A DNA stretch of 64,000 nt. It comes from Piromyces finnis finn (lineage: Eukaryota > Fungi > Neocallimastigomycota). Under the pieces are notes generated by a model. It was not told where the DNA came from. It saw only the letters and a program-made list of their open reading frames with translations, and made no database searches. Of this stretch, positions 10,900-23,330 are shown one piece after another; the stretch's first letter is position 1, and each line of letters opens with the position of its first letter. The position numbers and the translations under genes are program-made. The DNA lies in assembly GCA_002104945.1 (NCBI GenBank), contig MCFH01000003.1, forward strand, positions 62,001-126,000, in the 5' to 3' direction.

Positions 10900-13800
10900 T
10901 TATTTGTATTTATATAATAAACTATCTCTAAATATTTTCATTTTATTTTTATTCAAGTATTTAGTAAAACCATCTGCTAAATTTTCTTCTGATTTTATAT
11001 ATTCTAGACTGATTTTATTTTCTTTAATTAATTCTCTTACTTTATGGTACTTAATATCAATATGTTTTGACTTTGGATTAATCGTTTCATTATTTGCGTT
11101 GTAAATAGTTGCTTGATTATCAATATTGATTTTTAAGCATTCTTCCTTTATTTTTAATTCACTAAAAATATTTCTATACCACAGAGCTTGCTTTGAGCAT
11201 TCACAAAGTCCATAATATTCTGCTTCGGCGGTTGAAGTTGTTACACATTTTTGCAGTTTTGAGTACCAGCTTGTTGGTCCATTTCCCAATAAAAATACAA
11301 ATCCAGTGGTAGATTTTCTTGTTTCTTCATCTCCCCCATAGTCTGAATCTACAAAAATCTTCAAATTTAAGTTTCTTTCAAAACGGATTCCATAATGAGG
11401 ATTTTCTTTCAGATATTTGAATATTTGTAATACATTCTTCCAATTTTGGATAGTAGGATTTTGTGAGAACCTAGATGCTTTGGTTACTGAAAATAAGATA
11501 TCTGGACGAGTACCTATGGCTAAATATAAAAGACTTCCTATTGCAGCTCTATAAGTAGTAGGGTCAAAAGGCTGATTGAGTTGTTCATCATTCTTGATTG
11601 GTGTAGTTGTCTTTGATCCTCTGCAGTTTTCTAAACCAAATTTGTGTAATATATCCTTTAAATACCTTTCTTGATGTAACAAATACCCATCTTTTAACGT
11701 CTCTACTTTGATTCCTATGATGAAATTTGCATCACCAACATCCGTGATAACATATTTCTCTTTAATTAATTTAATAGTTTTATCTATTTCTTCCTTTTTA
11801 CCAGTTATTAGGATGTCATCAACATATATTCCAACTAAACATACTAATTTATTGTTTTTGGTCTTTATAAATATGCATAGTTCGCTAACTAATTTCTGAA
11901 ATCCTAGTTCAATGAGAGTATTGCTGATGTTGTTATTCCATTCTCTTGCTGCTTGTTTTAAGCCATATAATGCTTTATTTAATTTCCATAATCCTTTTTT
12001 ATACATTTTATCTCCTTCAGGTGCTTTCATATATATATCTTCCTTTAAATCTGCATACAAATATGCGGCCTTAACATCTAATTGATGGATTTTATAGTTA
12101 TTAATTGCAGCTATTCCTATTAGGATTCTTAATGAGTCTTGTTTTAGAGTAGGAGAAAAGGTCTCATTGTAGTCTTCTCCATATTCTTGTGTAAAACCTC
12201 TGGCTACAAGTCTAGCTTTGTATTTTTCTATCTCACCAGTGCTATTCCTTTTTATCTTAAATACCCATCTTGAATCAATAATATTGGCGTCTTCTGGAAC
12301 TTCATCTATTCTTTTGAACACTTTTCTTTCTTTCATATTTAGCAATTCGGCTTCTATTGCTTTTATCCACTTATCCTTATCTTTTCTTTTAAATATATCA
12401 TTATAGGAATTTGGCTCCTTGATTTGTGCTATAGTTAGCGCCACTTCCTTAATTTTCTTCTTTTCTGGTTCATGTTCATGTGGCTTACTAAATTTTTCTT
12501 CTATGACATCTTCACTTGGAACAAGTTTCCGCTTTCTTGGGAATTTTTCTTCCTTTGGTGGATGATTTTCATTTAATTTAAAATTTTTATTGGATTTTAA
12601 TTTTCTATTTAGATTTCTCTTATTCAAAAAATTTTGTTTTGATAATAACTTTTTCTTATCAAAAAATTTTTTCTTAGATTTATCTTTATTGATTGGATCT
12701 TTAATTTCATTTTTATTTTTTAAATTTCTCAAATTATATTCCTTTTTATTTTGATTATTTAAATTACTTTCTTTTTCATCAGAAATATTTTTAAATTTGG
12801 ACTTTTCTTCAGGAATATTGATATTTTCTTTATTCAAATTTCTTCTTATTTCATTCTCATTAATAGGTATGTAATTTTTCTTATAATATTCTTCATTCTT
12901 ATAATTTACTTTTACATTTGAATAATTATTTTCTATTTCTTTTCTATTATTTTTATTTATATTATTTTTGACACTCTCAATATTTTCAAAATCAATTTTC
13001 TTTCTTGTTCCTAAATCAATGTCAGGACTCAGGATATTTAAAAAATCATTATTGTCAATTTCTCCAGTTAAATCATTTATCTCCATTTCTGATGGTGTTT
13101 TTAATACTTCTTCAATTAATTCATTTTTATTTACAATGTCTGATTTTTCTTCTATAAAATAAACATTTCCTTTTGTATTCAGGTATTTATTATTCCTTTT
13201 ATTATCCTTTGATATATTTGAATTGTCTTTACTGTTTATATTTTTATTTTTCTTGTCGTCATTTCTCTTTATATTCACTTCTTTAATTTCACAAATTTCA
13301 GTTTCGTCAGCACTATTATATTTTAAATTATTATATTTTAAATTATTTTCTTCCAAGGTAAAGTTATTTATATTGCCGTCGTTACTTCCTGAAATGTCAT
13401 TATTGTTTTCTTTTTCTTTATTGGTTTCACTTACAGATTCCATTGAAGTACTTATTTTAATTTCTTTATTTTCTTCCATTTCTTCAATTTTCCGGTAATT
13501 ATTTTTGTTCAAACGTTCTTTTTTCTTTTCTTTTAGTTTAATATAGTCTAAGAGATTTAAGTCTTCTTCTTCTGAGTCTTCTATACTCATATTACTATCA
13601 TTAGTGTCCTCGCAGACTTGCATAAAACTTTCAGAACTATTATTTTTTTCTTTATTTAATAGTGATGTGAGCTTATCCAGCTTTTCTTCTATATTTTTAA
13701 ATTTTTCTTCATAATTTACTTCTTTTAAGTCTTCTTTATTACTAGTTTTATCATTGAGTGTTTCTAGGTTTTCATTCATTAATTTATCATTTTCATTTGA

Positions 13801-14160
13801 AATGTCCTTTTCTTTTTTGTCTTTATTGTTATTGTTTTCATTTTCTTTATCATACATATAATTAAAGTTCCTTACTTGAAAAGTTTCTGTATTTTGACTA
13901 TATGTTTCATTATTATTTTCTTTTTCTAAATTATAATTGTAATCACCAGGTTCTTCTTCTAAAAAACCTACGACTCTTTTCACTTTAATTTTCCTTGATT
14001 TTATGTCGAATATTCTGTATCCTACTGAAGATTCATCATATCCGATAAAGATTCCCTCCTTAGTTTTGTCTTGAAATTTTGGAATGTTACTGTCATCTAA
14101 ATAATACACTTTACATCCAAATACTCTTAAATTTTTATAATCAACTTTTCTGTCGTACAT
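10900..14160 (-). CDS. pol: Copia Pol C-terminal part: IN tail, long N/K/E-rich linker, RT, RNase H
   Basis: KYKARLVARGFTQ, QLDVKAAYL, YVDDI and FVDSDYGG motifs. Joins the N-terminal part in frame when Q is removed, except for an in-frame TGA at 14203-14205. Confidence 0.92.
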   Translation of the reverse strand: MYDRKVDYKNLRVFGCKVYYLDDSNIPKFQDKTKEGIFIGYDESSVGYRIFDIKSRKIKVKRVVGFLEEEPGDYNYNLEKENNNETYSQNTETFQVRNFNYMYDKENENNNNKDKKEKDISNENDKLMNENLETLNDKTSNKEDLKEVNYEEKFKNIEEKLDKLTSLLNKEKNNSSESFMQVCEDTNDSNMSIEDSEEEDLNLLDYIKLKEKKKERLNKNNYRKIEEMEENKEIKISTSMESVSETNKEKENNNDISGSNDGNINNFTLEENNLKYNNLKYNSADETEICEIKEVNIKRNDDKKNKNINSKDNSNISKDNKRNNKYLNTKGNVYFIEEKSDIVNKNELIEEVLKTPSEMEINDLTGEIDNNDFLNILSPDIDLGTRKKIDFENIESVKNNINKNNRKEIENNYSNVKVNYKNEEYYKKNYIPINENEIRRNLNKENINIPEEKSKFKNISDEKESNLNNQNKKEYNLRNLKNKNEIKDPINKDKSKKKFFDKKKLLSKQNFLNKRNLNRKLKSNKNFKLNENHPPKEEKFPRKRKLVPSEDVIEEKFSKPHEHEPEKKKIKEVALTIAQIKEPNSYNDIFKRKDKDKWIKAIEAELLNMKERKVFKRIDEVPEDANIIDSRWVFKIKRNSTGEIEKYKARLVARGFTQEYGEDYNETFSPTLKQDSLRILIGIAAINNYKIHQLDVKAAYLYADLKEDIYMKAPEGDKMYKKGLWKLNKALYGLKQAAREWNNNISNTLIELGFQKLVSELCIFIKTKNNKLVCLVGIYVDDILITGKKEEIDKTIKLIKEKYVITDVGDANFIIGIKVETLKDGYLLHQERYLKDILHKFGLENCRGSKTTTPIKNDEQLNQPFDPTTYRAAIGSLLYLAIGTRPDILFSVTKASRFSQNPTIQNWKNVLQIFKYLKENPHYGIRFERNLNLKIFVDSDYGGDEETRKSTTGFVFLLGNGPTSWYSKLQKCVTTSTAEAEYYGLCECSKQALWYRNIFSELKIKEECLKINIDNQATIYNANNETINPKSKHIDIKYHKVRELIKENKISLEYIKSEENLADGFTKYLNKNKMKIFRDSLLYKYK

Positions 14161-17100
14161 TAATTCAAATGGTATTTCACCATTAATTCCACTGTGCGGA
14201 ACTCAATTATGAACATAGTTCGCTGTTTTCACAGCATCTTCCCAAAAGCGACGACATAACCTTGCGTCCATTAACATTGCAGTATGTAAAAGTATAAAAT
14301 TTAAAACAGATTTTATACTTAAAACAAAACAATTTTTATTAACACAAAAATAAAAAAATAAAACATTAAATTTTTATTTTAAAAATCATTTTATTTAAAA
14401 CTCTTAAAAAGATTATTAACTATATAATAGTTAATAATTAAAAAATTGAAAATAACAATTACATCGATTTAATAAACAAAAAATTACATGTATTTATATT
14501 TTTTCATAATTATATTCTAATATATTATTCTATTTAAATAAACATATATTTAATATAAAATAAACAAAACTAATTTAATTAAATAATAAAATAACAGAAC
14601 TAAACTAAACTAATTCATTATACTTTTAATTCAATTTGAGTAAACTCAAAATTGAATAAAGCCCATGTATTTTCTATAAATTAGTTTAATATTATCAATA
14701 CTATTCTTAATATATTTCCTATTGAAATATAAATAAATCTATTTTTAAAACTAAGTTAAAATTATTAAACTATTCTAAATTTAAATAAAAAAGTATAATC
14801 TATTCTAAAATTAAATAAAAAGTATTTAAAAAATATTTTAATTATTTAAAATATTTGAAATATTTAAATTTAATTAAAAATCTTTTATTCCTTAAACTTA
14901 AATATTTATCTTAATTTAAATTTAACGGAATTATTATAAAATAATTTATTATTAAATTATTATTCCATAAAATTTATTCAAAAATTTTATAATCAGTTTT
15001 ACTAAATATTAATTTATTATTTAATAATTAATAATTAATTATTAAATAATCTAAAGATATATATTATATCTTTACAATCTCGCCCTTTAAGTCGAGCTCC
15101 TGCGAGATTATTTTCTTGAAGAAATTTAAATAACAAATGGTTACTACTTTTTCTAAATCATAACATTGTTAAAAAAATATATAAGTATTTAATTTATTTA
15201 TACTCTTATTATCATTCTTGTTACTTATACATAATTCTAATAATTTATCTAAAACTTAATCATCAAGAATCCATTTGTTTTTATATTCAGATTGTGGTTA
15301 TTTATAAATTGTTTTCTATTAACATTTTTATTTAAGTATTCAAAACAAAACATTTACTTAAGTTTCAAATTTTTATTTATTCAATTCTTCTTGATCATCA
15401 TGACTTTTATAATCTTCTTATGCATGATTAAAATTCTATTTTACAATTTTAATACTTTTTATTAATACTTATAATAATCTGTTCAACTTTCTTTGATTTA
15501 TTAGCTGAAGAAATTTCAATATTAAATTTTAAATTAAATCCATAGTTTGTATAAAATTGAAATTGATTGATTGATTACAATAAAATATTATAAGTAGATT
15601 CCAATATAACAATCAATTCGATTTTATTAACCAACGGAGATATTGGAACAATATCTCGTTCACCCTCTCATTTAAATGAAAAGTCTGTGATAAAATTTAT
15701 ATTAAATATATCAAACAGACAATTCTAAAATTATAAAGAAAATAGCATTTAGAGAGTATTAAATGTTTTTTATTATTGTACAAGCTTTAAACCAAGTGGA
15801 ACTTATTTTTTTTAAAGGTTATTATTAAGCAAATAAATATAACAAAATTCTTAGTAATAAAATATTTGTAAAAAAATTAACATTTATTAATAATAATGGA
15901 AAAACATCATTCAATAATTATATTAACTATACCACTATTTTTTTTAATCTTATTATTAAATAAACAAAAGTGGTATCAAGTCATCAAGTAAATACTATAA
16001 TTTAATTAACAAATTTATCATTTTTAGACGTTTTTAAAATACTTTTAGCATATTTATAATTCTCTTTTATTTTATAATTTATCAATATATGGTATTATAA
16101 AATTATTTCTTTTTTAAAAATTTAACAATGAATTCATAAATTTAAATATCATCAATAAAACATCACAGAATTGATATAAACATATACATAATGTTGTACT
16201 AAATATTATTAATTATAAAGTAATTAAAATACTTCATCAAAAGCATCACTTAAAATATTAAAATAGAGCTGATACATTTTTGAATAAAAGGTATGATAAT
16301 AAATTAAAAATGCCATATAAAGATTAAAGCAATTTTAAATTCATCACCTTATTTAATTCTTACTAAGCTATTGATATATTTAAATTTAGTTTAAAAACAT
16401 ATTTTACTCCATTTATCTTATTTATTGATTAAAGGAATATATGAATTTCAATAATTATATCATTTAATTTCCTACAATCAATATATAGTAATTATAGTTA
16501 TCAATCTCATTATACTTCCATTAAAAAGAATTGTATAAAGATTAAAATCTTTTTTTTTTTTCCTTTATAAAGTTCGTTTTATTAAGTACATAAAAACTAT
16601 TCATTTATTAAAAACTCTTATAATTATTATACATATTACATTAATTTATATTTGTTTTATTCATTATATTTATTACATTTATCATATTTATTAACTTATT
16701 CTATTTATTAATTTACTCTATTTATTAATTTATTCTATTTATTACATTTTATTATATTTTTTTTTCATTTGTTGTATTTATTAATTCTATTTTTTTTTTT
16801 AATTATTATTAATACTAACTATTATATTATCAAATTATTACTATTACTAAAACTATTCCTCATTAATTTCTATTATAGCTATTTCTAATTCTACAATACT
16901 AATACATTACAATCATATTTATTTTTTAAATTACATTTATTATAATCAAAATTATTTAGATAACATTATTTTCCATAGGACGAATGTACTTAACATTTTG
17001 TTATAATCCTCCACAATTCAGTAATTCATTAAGTTTCTTTTTAAAACATTGGAATTTTCAAATTTATTATTTCATTATTGAATTGTTCTTCTTTCTTGTT

Positions 17101-17787
17101 TCTTTTTATTTTCATTTTATTCTTTATAAAATCAAGATAAATGAAATTAAGAACAGATCCAGAATAGATTAATTTTCTAGCTCTGATTTCACTACCATCA
17201 TATTATTAAGAATAAAAAATATTACACTCATTTCTTATTATATATTTATTTAACTTTATAATTATTCAATCAAAGCTACTATATTAATTTATTCAAGTTA
17301 TTTGAATCTTTTAAATATAAAACTTACTTCTTAATAAAAATATAAACTTATTAACTAGATATACAATAACTTCTTTATAATAAATTCAAATCAAATTAAA
17401 TTTGTGAATTTATTCTACAATTATAAGAAATTCTTTATTTAATTAATTTATTTTAATTTATTAATTATAAAAAACATAATTTATTTAACAACTAAATTTG
17501 TAAAACCTCCTCATATTGAATTCAAATTATTTTAATTATTAATCTTAATCATTTGTTTAATGAATTATTTAATAAACTATTACATTCAAATTATCTTAAT
17601 TTACGAAATATAAAATTAATTTTTTTTTTTTTTTTTTAATAAATGTATAACTTTTTAAATAACTAAATTTGTATTGACTTTTGTTGATAAATTCAAATCA
17701 AATTAAAAATGCTTTAAATTTATATTCTAATTATTAAGAATTTTCTATTTAGTCAAATATTCAGTTATATAAAATACACCTTTATAT

Positions 17788-19292
17788 AAAAGAAGTCAAC
17801 TCCATCCTATCAACTGGTGTCAGCGAATTCTTTATAAAGTATAAAACATGTTATTACAATGAAATTAAATTATTATTTTTTTTTTAAGCTCGTTTTCGTA
17901 TTACTTCATAATATTTTAATATATTATTTAATAAACTTCTTAATTGTATTTATCTAATTTAATTAATAATATATAATCCTTGAATATATTTTATTTATTT
18001 AGTTAGTTAATCGAATTTATATTGTATCTTCATATTAAAGAAGTCGACCTGACTCTATCCTTTAAAGAAAAGGTGTCGTCGAGTTCTTTATTTAGTATGA
18101 AGTTAAATTATTTTAAAAGTGATTTTAAATATCAAATCATTTTCTAACTTCATTAAATTAAATTATATATTTCAAATTTTCAAGTTAAATTAATTTATAG
18201 TATTTTCAATTTAATTTATTATATACTATTTCCCAAAAAGATGTCGATCTGACTCTGTCCTCTAAAAAGGTGTCATCGAAATCTTATTATAATAAAGAAT
18301 AATTTATTTATTTAACTAACTTTACACATTTATTACTTTTACTTTTATTGTAAAATTTTAATTCATTTCTTAATTTTAATTTATTATATACTATATCTAA
18401 AAGATGTCGCTCAGACTCTATCCTATCAAAAGGTGTCGAGCGAGGTCTTTTAAGTATATAATAAATTCATTTCAAATTTACTTATTATATAATCAAATTT
18501 TAATTTGTTTTAATTATATATTCAATTTAATTTATTATATACAATATCTAAAGATGTCGCTCAGACTCTATCCTATCAAAAGGTGTCGAGCGAGGTCTTT
18601 TATAGTATATAATAAATTTATTTCAATAAGATAACTTATTCCTCAACTACTTTTAATAAATATCAAAATTTTAATTTTCATATTTCTCAATGTATTTTAA
18701 ATAAATCTAAAATTATTATATACTACGTCTAAAAGATGTCGCTCAGACTCTATCCTATCAAAAGGTGTCGAGCGAGGTCTTTTATAATATATAATAAATA
18801 TATTTCAATAAAATAACTTTTTCCAATAAGTGATATTTACATTTTAATTCACTTATTTCTCAATTTCATTTTAATTAATAAATATCAAAATTTTAATTTT
18901 CATACAATATATTTTAAATAATTCTATAATTATTATATACCATGTTTAAAAGATGTCGCTCAGACTCTATCCTATCAAACGGTGTCGAGCGAGGTCTTTT
19001 AAGTATATAATAAGTTCATTTCAAAATAACAATTAATAATTCATTCAAATAAGTGAAATCAACATACTAATTCACTTATTTCTCAATATATTTAAATAAT
19101 TTTAAAATTTTATTAACTTTTTCTTAATTTTCTTTCTTTTTAAATAAGTTTTAATTTTCTTACTTTGCAATTAATTTTTTGATTTAATTTACTCTTTTAA
19201 TTGTATATATCCAATTTAATTTATAATATACTATGTATAAAAGATGTCGCTCAGACTCTATCCTATCAAACGGTGTCGAGCGAGTTCTTTTT
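17788..19292 (-). repeat. Array of 8 conserved ~52-nt hairpin-forming repeats with AT-rich spacers inside Q
   Basis: Five near-identical cores AAAGATGTCGCTCAGACTCTATCCTATCAAA(A/C)GGTGTCGAGCGAG(G/T)TCTTTT near 18403, 18553, 18735, 18952 and 19243; three diverged cores near 17792, 18040 and 18240. Confidence 0.92.
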
Positions 19293-20407
19293 ATAGTATA
19301 TTATAATTAAATTTAATTTTAAAAGAGTTTCATCAATTTAAAAACAAGAGTATTTCATAAATATATTTCTATTAGTATTACAGATAGATTTTATATATAA
19401 AGATTTCATTGTTCCATACAGTAGAGTTACACTTATTCCAATTCCAATATAAAAAGGAAAGTTTCACAGAGTAGAAGTTCCACAAGCAAAGTTCCACGAG
19501 ATTCGTTCAAAAGAATTCCACGAAGGAAGGATTTCACAAGGTAGTGTTCCACAAGTAGGTAAAAATTCCACAATTATAGTATCAATACGTTACATTACGT
19601 TAAGAAAATTTTTTTGTTATAATTAATTTTAATTAATATTAAATAATAAAATAATTTTTGTAGAAGAATCTTAATTATTAATAAATTAGTTATTAGTAAT
19701 AAATAGAAAAATTTAGAAGAATAAATAGTTTAGTTTAGTAAAAGAATTATAACACCTTCTCGAAGTAATATTAATTTTATAATCTTTATTATTAATTATT
19801 TTTATTTAATTAGTAATTATTAGTAATTATTATTAATAAAAAATTAAAATAATTGTAAAGCCTCAATTGAAGCTTTAGTATAAATAGTTAAAGAAAAAAT
19901 AATTAGTTAAGCTTCAATTGAGAATTATTTTCAAATTCTATAAAAACCTTTTTATTATTCTGACTTATAAAAAGTCCACTTTTCAATGTTAATAAAAGAT
20001 CAAATATAATTTTAAACTTAAATTATTAATAAAAGAGTCTTGTGTAAAATTTTTAAATAAATTTCTATTATTGTCTTTCCTAAATTTTTATCAAACCTTA
20101 TTTAATAATAAAATAATTCAACCTATTCGCCAAACCCCTGATATATAGTTCCACAAAGTAGTGTTTCACAAAATTTATTTAGAATTTCACAAAGTAGGGT
20201 AACACAAAATTAATGTTACACTGACAGAAGTTACACCATAAATAGTTCCACAAGGTAGGCTTCTCAAGTAGACAAAAAAAATTTCCGAAGAGAAAAAATT
20301 TCCGAAAAGTTCCAAATTTTCTACGGTAGCAATTCCCAATGTTGTAACTTCAGAAAATAAAAATTGTTTTATTATTAAATATAAAACGTGTTTTTTAATA
20401 AGAAAAG

Positions 20408-20418
20408 GTAATTGTTAT
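20408..20418 (-). other. Self-priming PBS of Q
   Basis: Minus-strand ATAACAATTAC is complementary to the LTR at 20586-20596, 28 nt from a minus-strand TATAAATA (20625-20632). Confidence 0.8.
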
Positions 20419-21210
20419 TGTAAAAGTATAAAATTTAAAACAGATTTTATACTTAAAACAAAACAATTTTTATTAACACAAAAATAAAAAAATAAAACAT
20501 TAAATTTTTATTTTAAAAATCATTTTATTTAAAACTCTTAAAAAGATTATTAACTATATAATAGTTAATAATTAAAAAATTGAAAATAACAATTACATCG
20601 ATTTAATAAACAAAAAATTACATGTATTTATATTTTTTCATAATTATATTCTAATATATTATTCTATTTAAATAAACATATATTTAATATAAAATAAACA
20701 AAACTAATTTAATTAAATAATAAAATAACAGAACTAAACTAAACTAATTCATTATACTTTTAATTCAATTTGAGTAAACTCAAAATTGAATAAAGCCCAT
20801 GTATTTTCTATAAATTAGTTTAATATTATCAATACTATTCTTAATATATTTCCTATTGAAATATAAATAAATCTATTTTTAAAACTAAGTTAAAATTATT
20901 AAACTATTCTAAATTTAAATAAAAAAGTATAATCTATTCTAAAATTAAATAAAAAGTATTTAAAAAATATTTTAATTATTTAAAATATTTGAAATATTTA
21001 AATTTAATTAAAAATCTTTTATTCCTTAAACTTAAATATTTATCTTAATTTAAATTTAACGGAATTATTATAAAATAATTTATTATTAAATTATTATTCC
21101 ATAAAATTTATTCAAAAATTTTATAATCAGTTTTACTAAATATTAATTTATTATTTAATAATTAATAATTAATTATTAAATAATCTAAAGATATATATTA
21201 TATCTTTACA

Positions 21211-23284
21211 CAGTAGCAGTTTTTATTAACTTTACTTTGAATCTTTCTGCTCTTCCATTCTGCTCCGGATTTCCAGGGACGGTGAATTGTTGAGTTATTC
21301 CATATTCGTTACATAACTCCTTGAAGTTATTAGAAGTGAATTCAGTTCCATTATCGCTTCTAAGATATTTTACTTTGGATGATAATTCATTAGTAGTTTT
21401 ATTCAGCCAATTTCCAAATTCTTTGAAAACATCACTTTTATTCTTGACAAATATTACCCATCCATATCGACTGTAATCATCTAAGATACTTAAAAAGTAT
21501 ACGTTGTCATGAATTGATGGTGTGATTGGACCTACAAAATCGATGTGTACTAGTTCCAAAACACTTGATGCTCTACTATCTGACCTTTTATGAGGGATTT
21601 CTTTCATTTTGCTTCTCATGCATATTGTACAATTGTGAATATTGTTCTTTTCATCATTATTGTTGAAATTCAGATGCCCTATTCTTCTATGCCAGTATTC
21701 ACCATTGTTTCGTACATTATCGCACATTGAGTAATTATTAACTACATTACCTTCTTTGATGTACAAATTGAATACATCATATTCATTTGCTTTAACTTCG
21801 TATACATTATCTGTTTTCTTATCTTTTATATATGCAAATACATTATTGTTCTTCTCATCAAAGATTATTTGGTAGCCACTTTTAACTAACTTGGCAACAG
21901 AAATTAAATTTCGTTTTACATCTGGGATGTACATTACATCTTCTAATTTTATTGGTTCTTCATTAATAGATCCATTTACTTCACCCATATGTGTTGACTT
22001 TGTAGTCGCTCCATTTGCATAATTGATTGGTTCTACATGTTCAAAAACATTTTTGAGAATTCCTATATCTTTGGTAATATGATTAGAAGCACCAGAATCT
22101 AAAGTCCATGTAGTAAAACTTGTAGGTACATTTTCACAAGATACGTAATTGCATGATTTATTATTACATTCATCATTGTTATTGTCAAATAATGTATTGT
22201 AATCAACTGTAAACAAATCTTGATATCCAACTTCTGGTTCAAAGTCTTCAGTGGTTTGTTTATTTACTATTTCACCTGTTGCTAAAAATGCTTCCTTGCC
22301 TTTATTTTTCTCTTTTCTTAGCCTTCTTGTAACTCCTTCTGAAAGTTCTTTTTGAATACGACATTGTTTTACAGTATGTCCTTTTTGATGACAAAAATAA
22401 CATGTAATGTTTTGTTTATTTTTGTTATTCCAATTTCTTTCTTCATTGGACTTTTCTTTTCCTTTATTTGTATTTTTATTATGATTATTACTTTGTTTGT
22501 TGCGGTAGTATTTAGTATTTTCCTTTCTTTTATCGCCTTTGTAACTACCTTCAACACTAAAGATATGTCTAATTCCGAAGGTTTCAGATTTCTCTTTCGG
22601 ATCAAATTTGTTCATCTTATCTATCATTCTTGCTGTGTCCTTTTTGCATTCTTCCCAGTCTTCATGCTTAAGGACTGTGATTTTCCTATATTTTTCTGGT
22701 AAGGCTTGATACAGTAAACCAATTTTTTCTTCATCATCTATTTTCACATTTAGTTGTTCTAACTTATTAAAGTTGGAATTTAACTTATTTACAAATCTTG
22801 AGAAACTTTCTTTCGGGTCGTATTTTAAGGAGTTTGTTTCCTTAATAAGCCTATTCTTTCTTTCTATTTTATCCCCTAAATAAATGTCTTCTAATAGTTT
22901 CCACATTTCGTAGCTTGTTAAAGACCTATCTTGGATATCTTGTTGGCAGTTTGGGCCTAAAGTATACCTAATTAAAAATTGGATATTCCTATCTGTTTTT
23001 AAGTCATCTTCGGTTACGTTCTTATCATAGTAGGTATTGATTTCAAAAGGTGCCTTTAGATATTCTTCTCCGTCGATATCCATTCCTTCGTCACTTTTGA
23101 TCTTTGGGGTTTTGTTTTCATCAACCCAATCTTCAAGACCATAATAATTTAAAATATTCCTCATAAACATTTGCCACGTTATGAAATTTTTATTGTTCAA
23201 TTCATAAGTGACCTTTCCTAGCATAACGGTAGGATCGAATATAGGAATTGATCCAGTATCTCCGTTAGATTTTCTTTTTGACAT
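21211..23284 (-). CDS. gag-pol: Copia Gag-PR-IN N-terminal part, truncated by Q
   Basis: CYFCHQKGHTVKQC zinc knuckle, WTLDSGASNH protease, WHRRIGH, HIDFVGP, LRSDNGTEF and QNGRAER integrase motifs. Confidence 0.93.
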
Positions 23285-23308
23285 ATTAAAAAAACTTACT
23301 TAAATATA

Positions 23309-23330
23309 AGAGCAATTGAGACTCTTAATC
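23309..23330 (-). other. Copia PBS complementary to the 5' half of tRNA-Lys(CTT)
   Basis: Plus strand reads AGAGCA-AT-TGAGACTCTTAATC directly against the LTR, resembling the tRNA-Lys(CTT) D-arm/anticodon arm as recalled from eukaryotic tRNAs. Confidence 0.7.

Larger units (their letters stand above)
14285..21210 (-). mobile_element. Non-autonomous, non-coding gypsy derivative Q (H-related, LARD-like)
   Basis: 792-bp LTRs at 14285-15076 and 20419-21210; TSD CAGTA inside copia integrase; same PBS as H; 15077-15140 matches the H PPT region; eroded IN remnant near 15630-15670. Confidence 0.92.

Noticed and set aside
18404-18634. ORF with repeated MSLRLYPIKRCRARSF peptide
   Set aside because: It is a translation of two hairpin repeats; diverged copies do not keep the frame.
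17788-19292. CRISPR array (conserved repeats with variable spacers)
   Set aside because: Spacers are 100-240 nt, AT-rich and homologous to one another, the repeat is about 52 nt, there are no cas genes, and the context is a eukaryotic retroelement.
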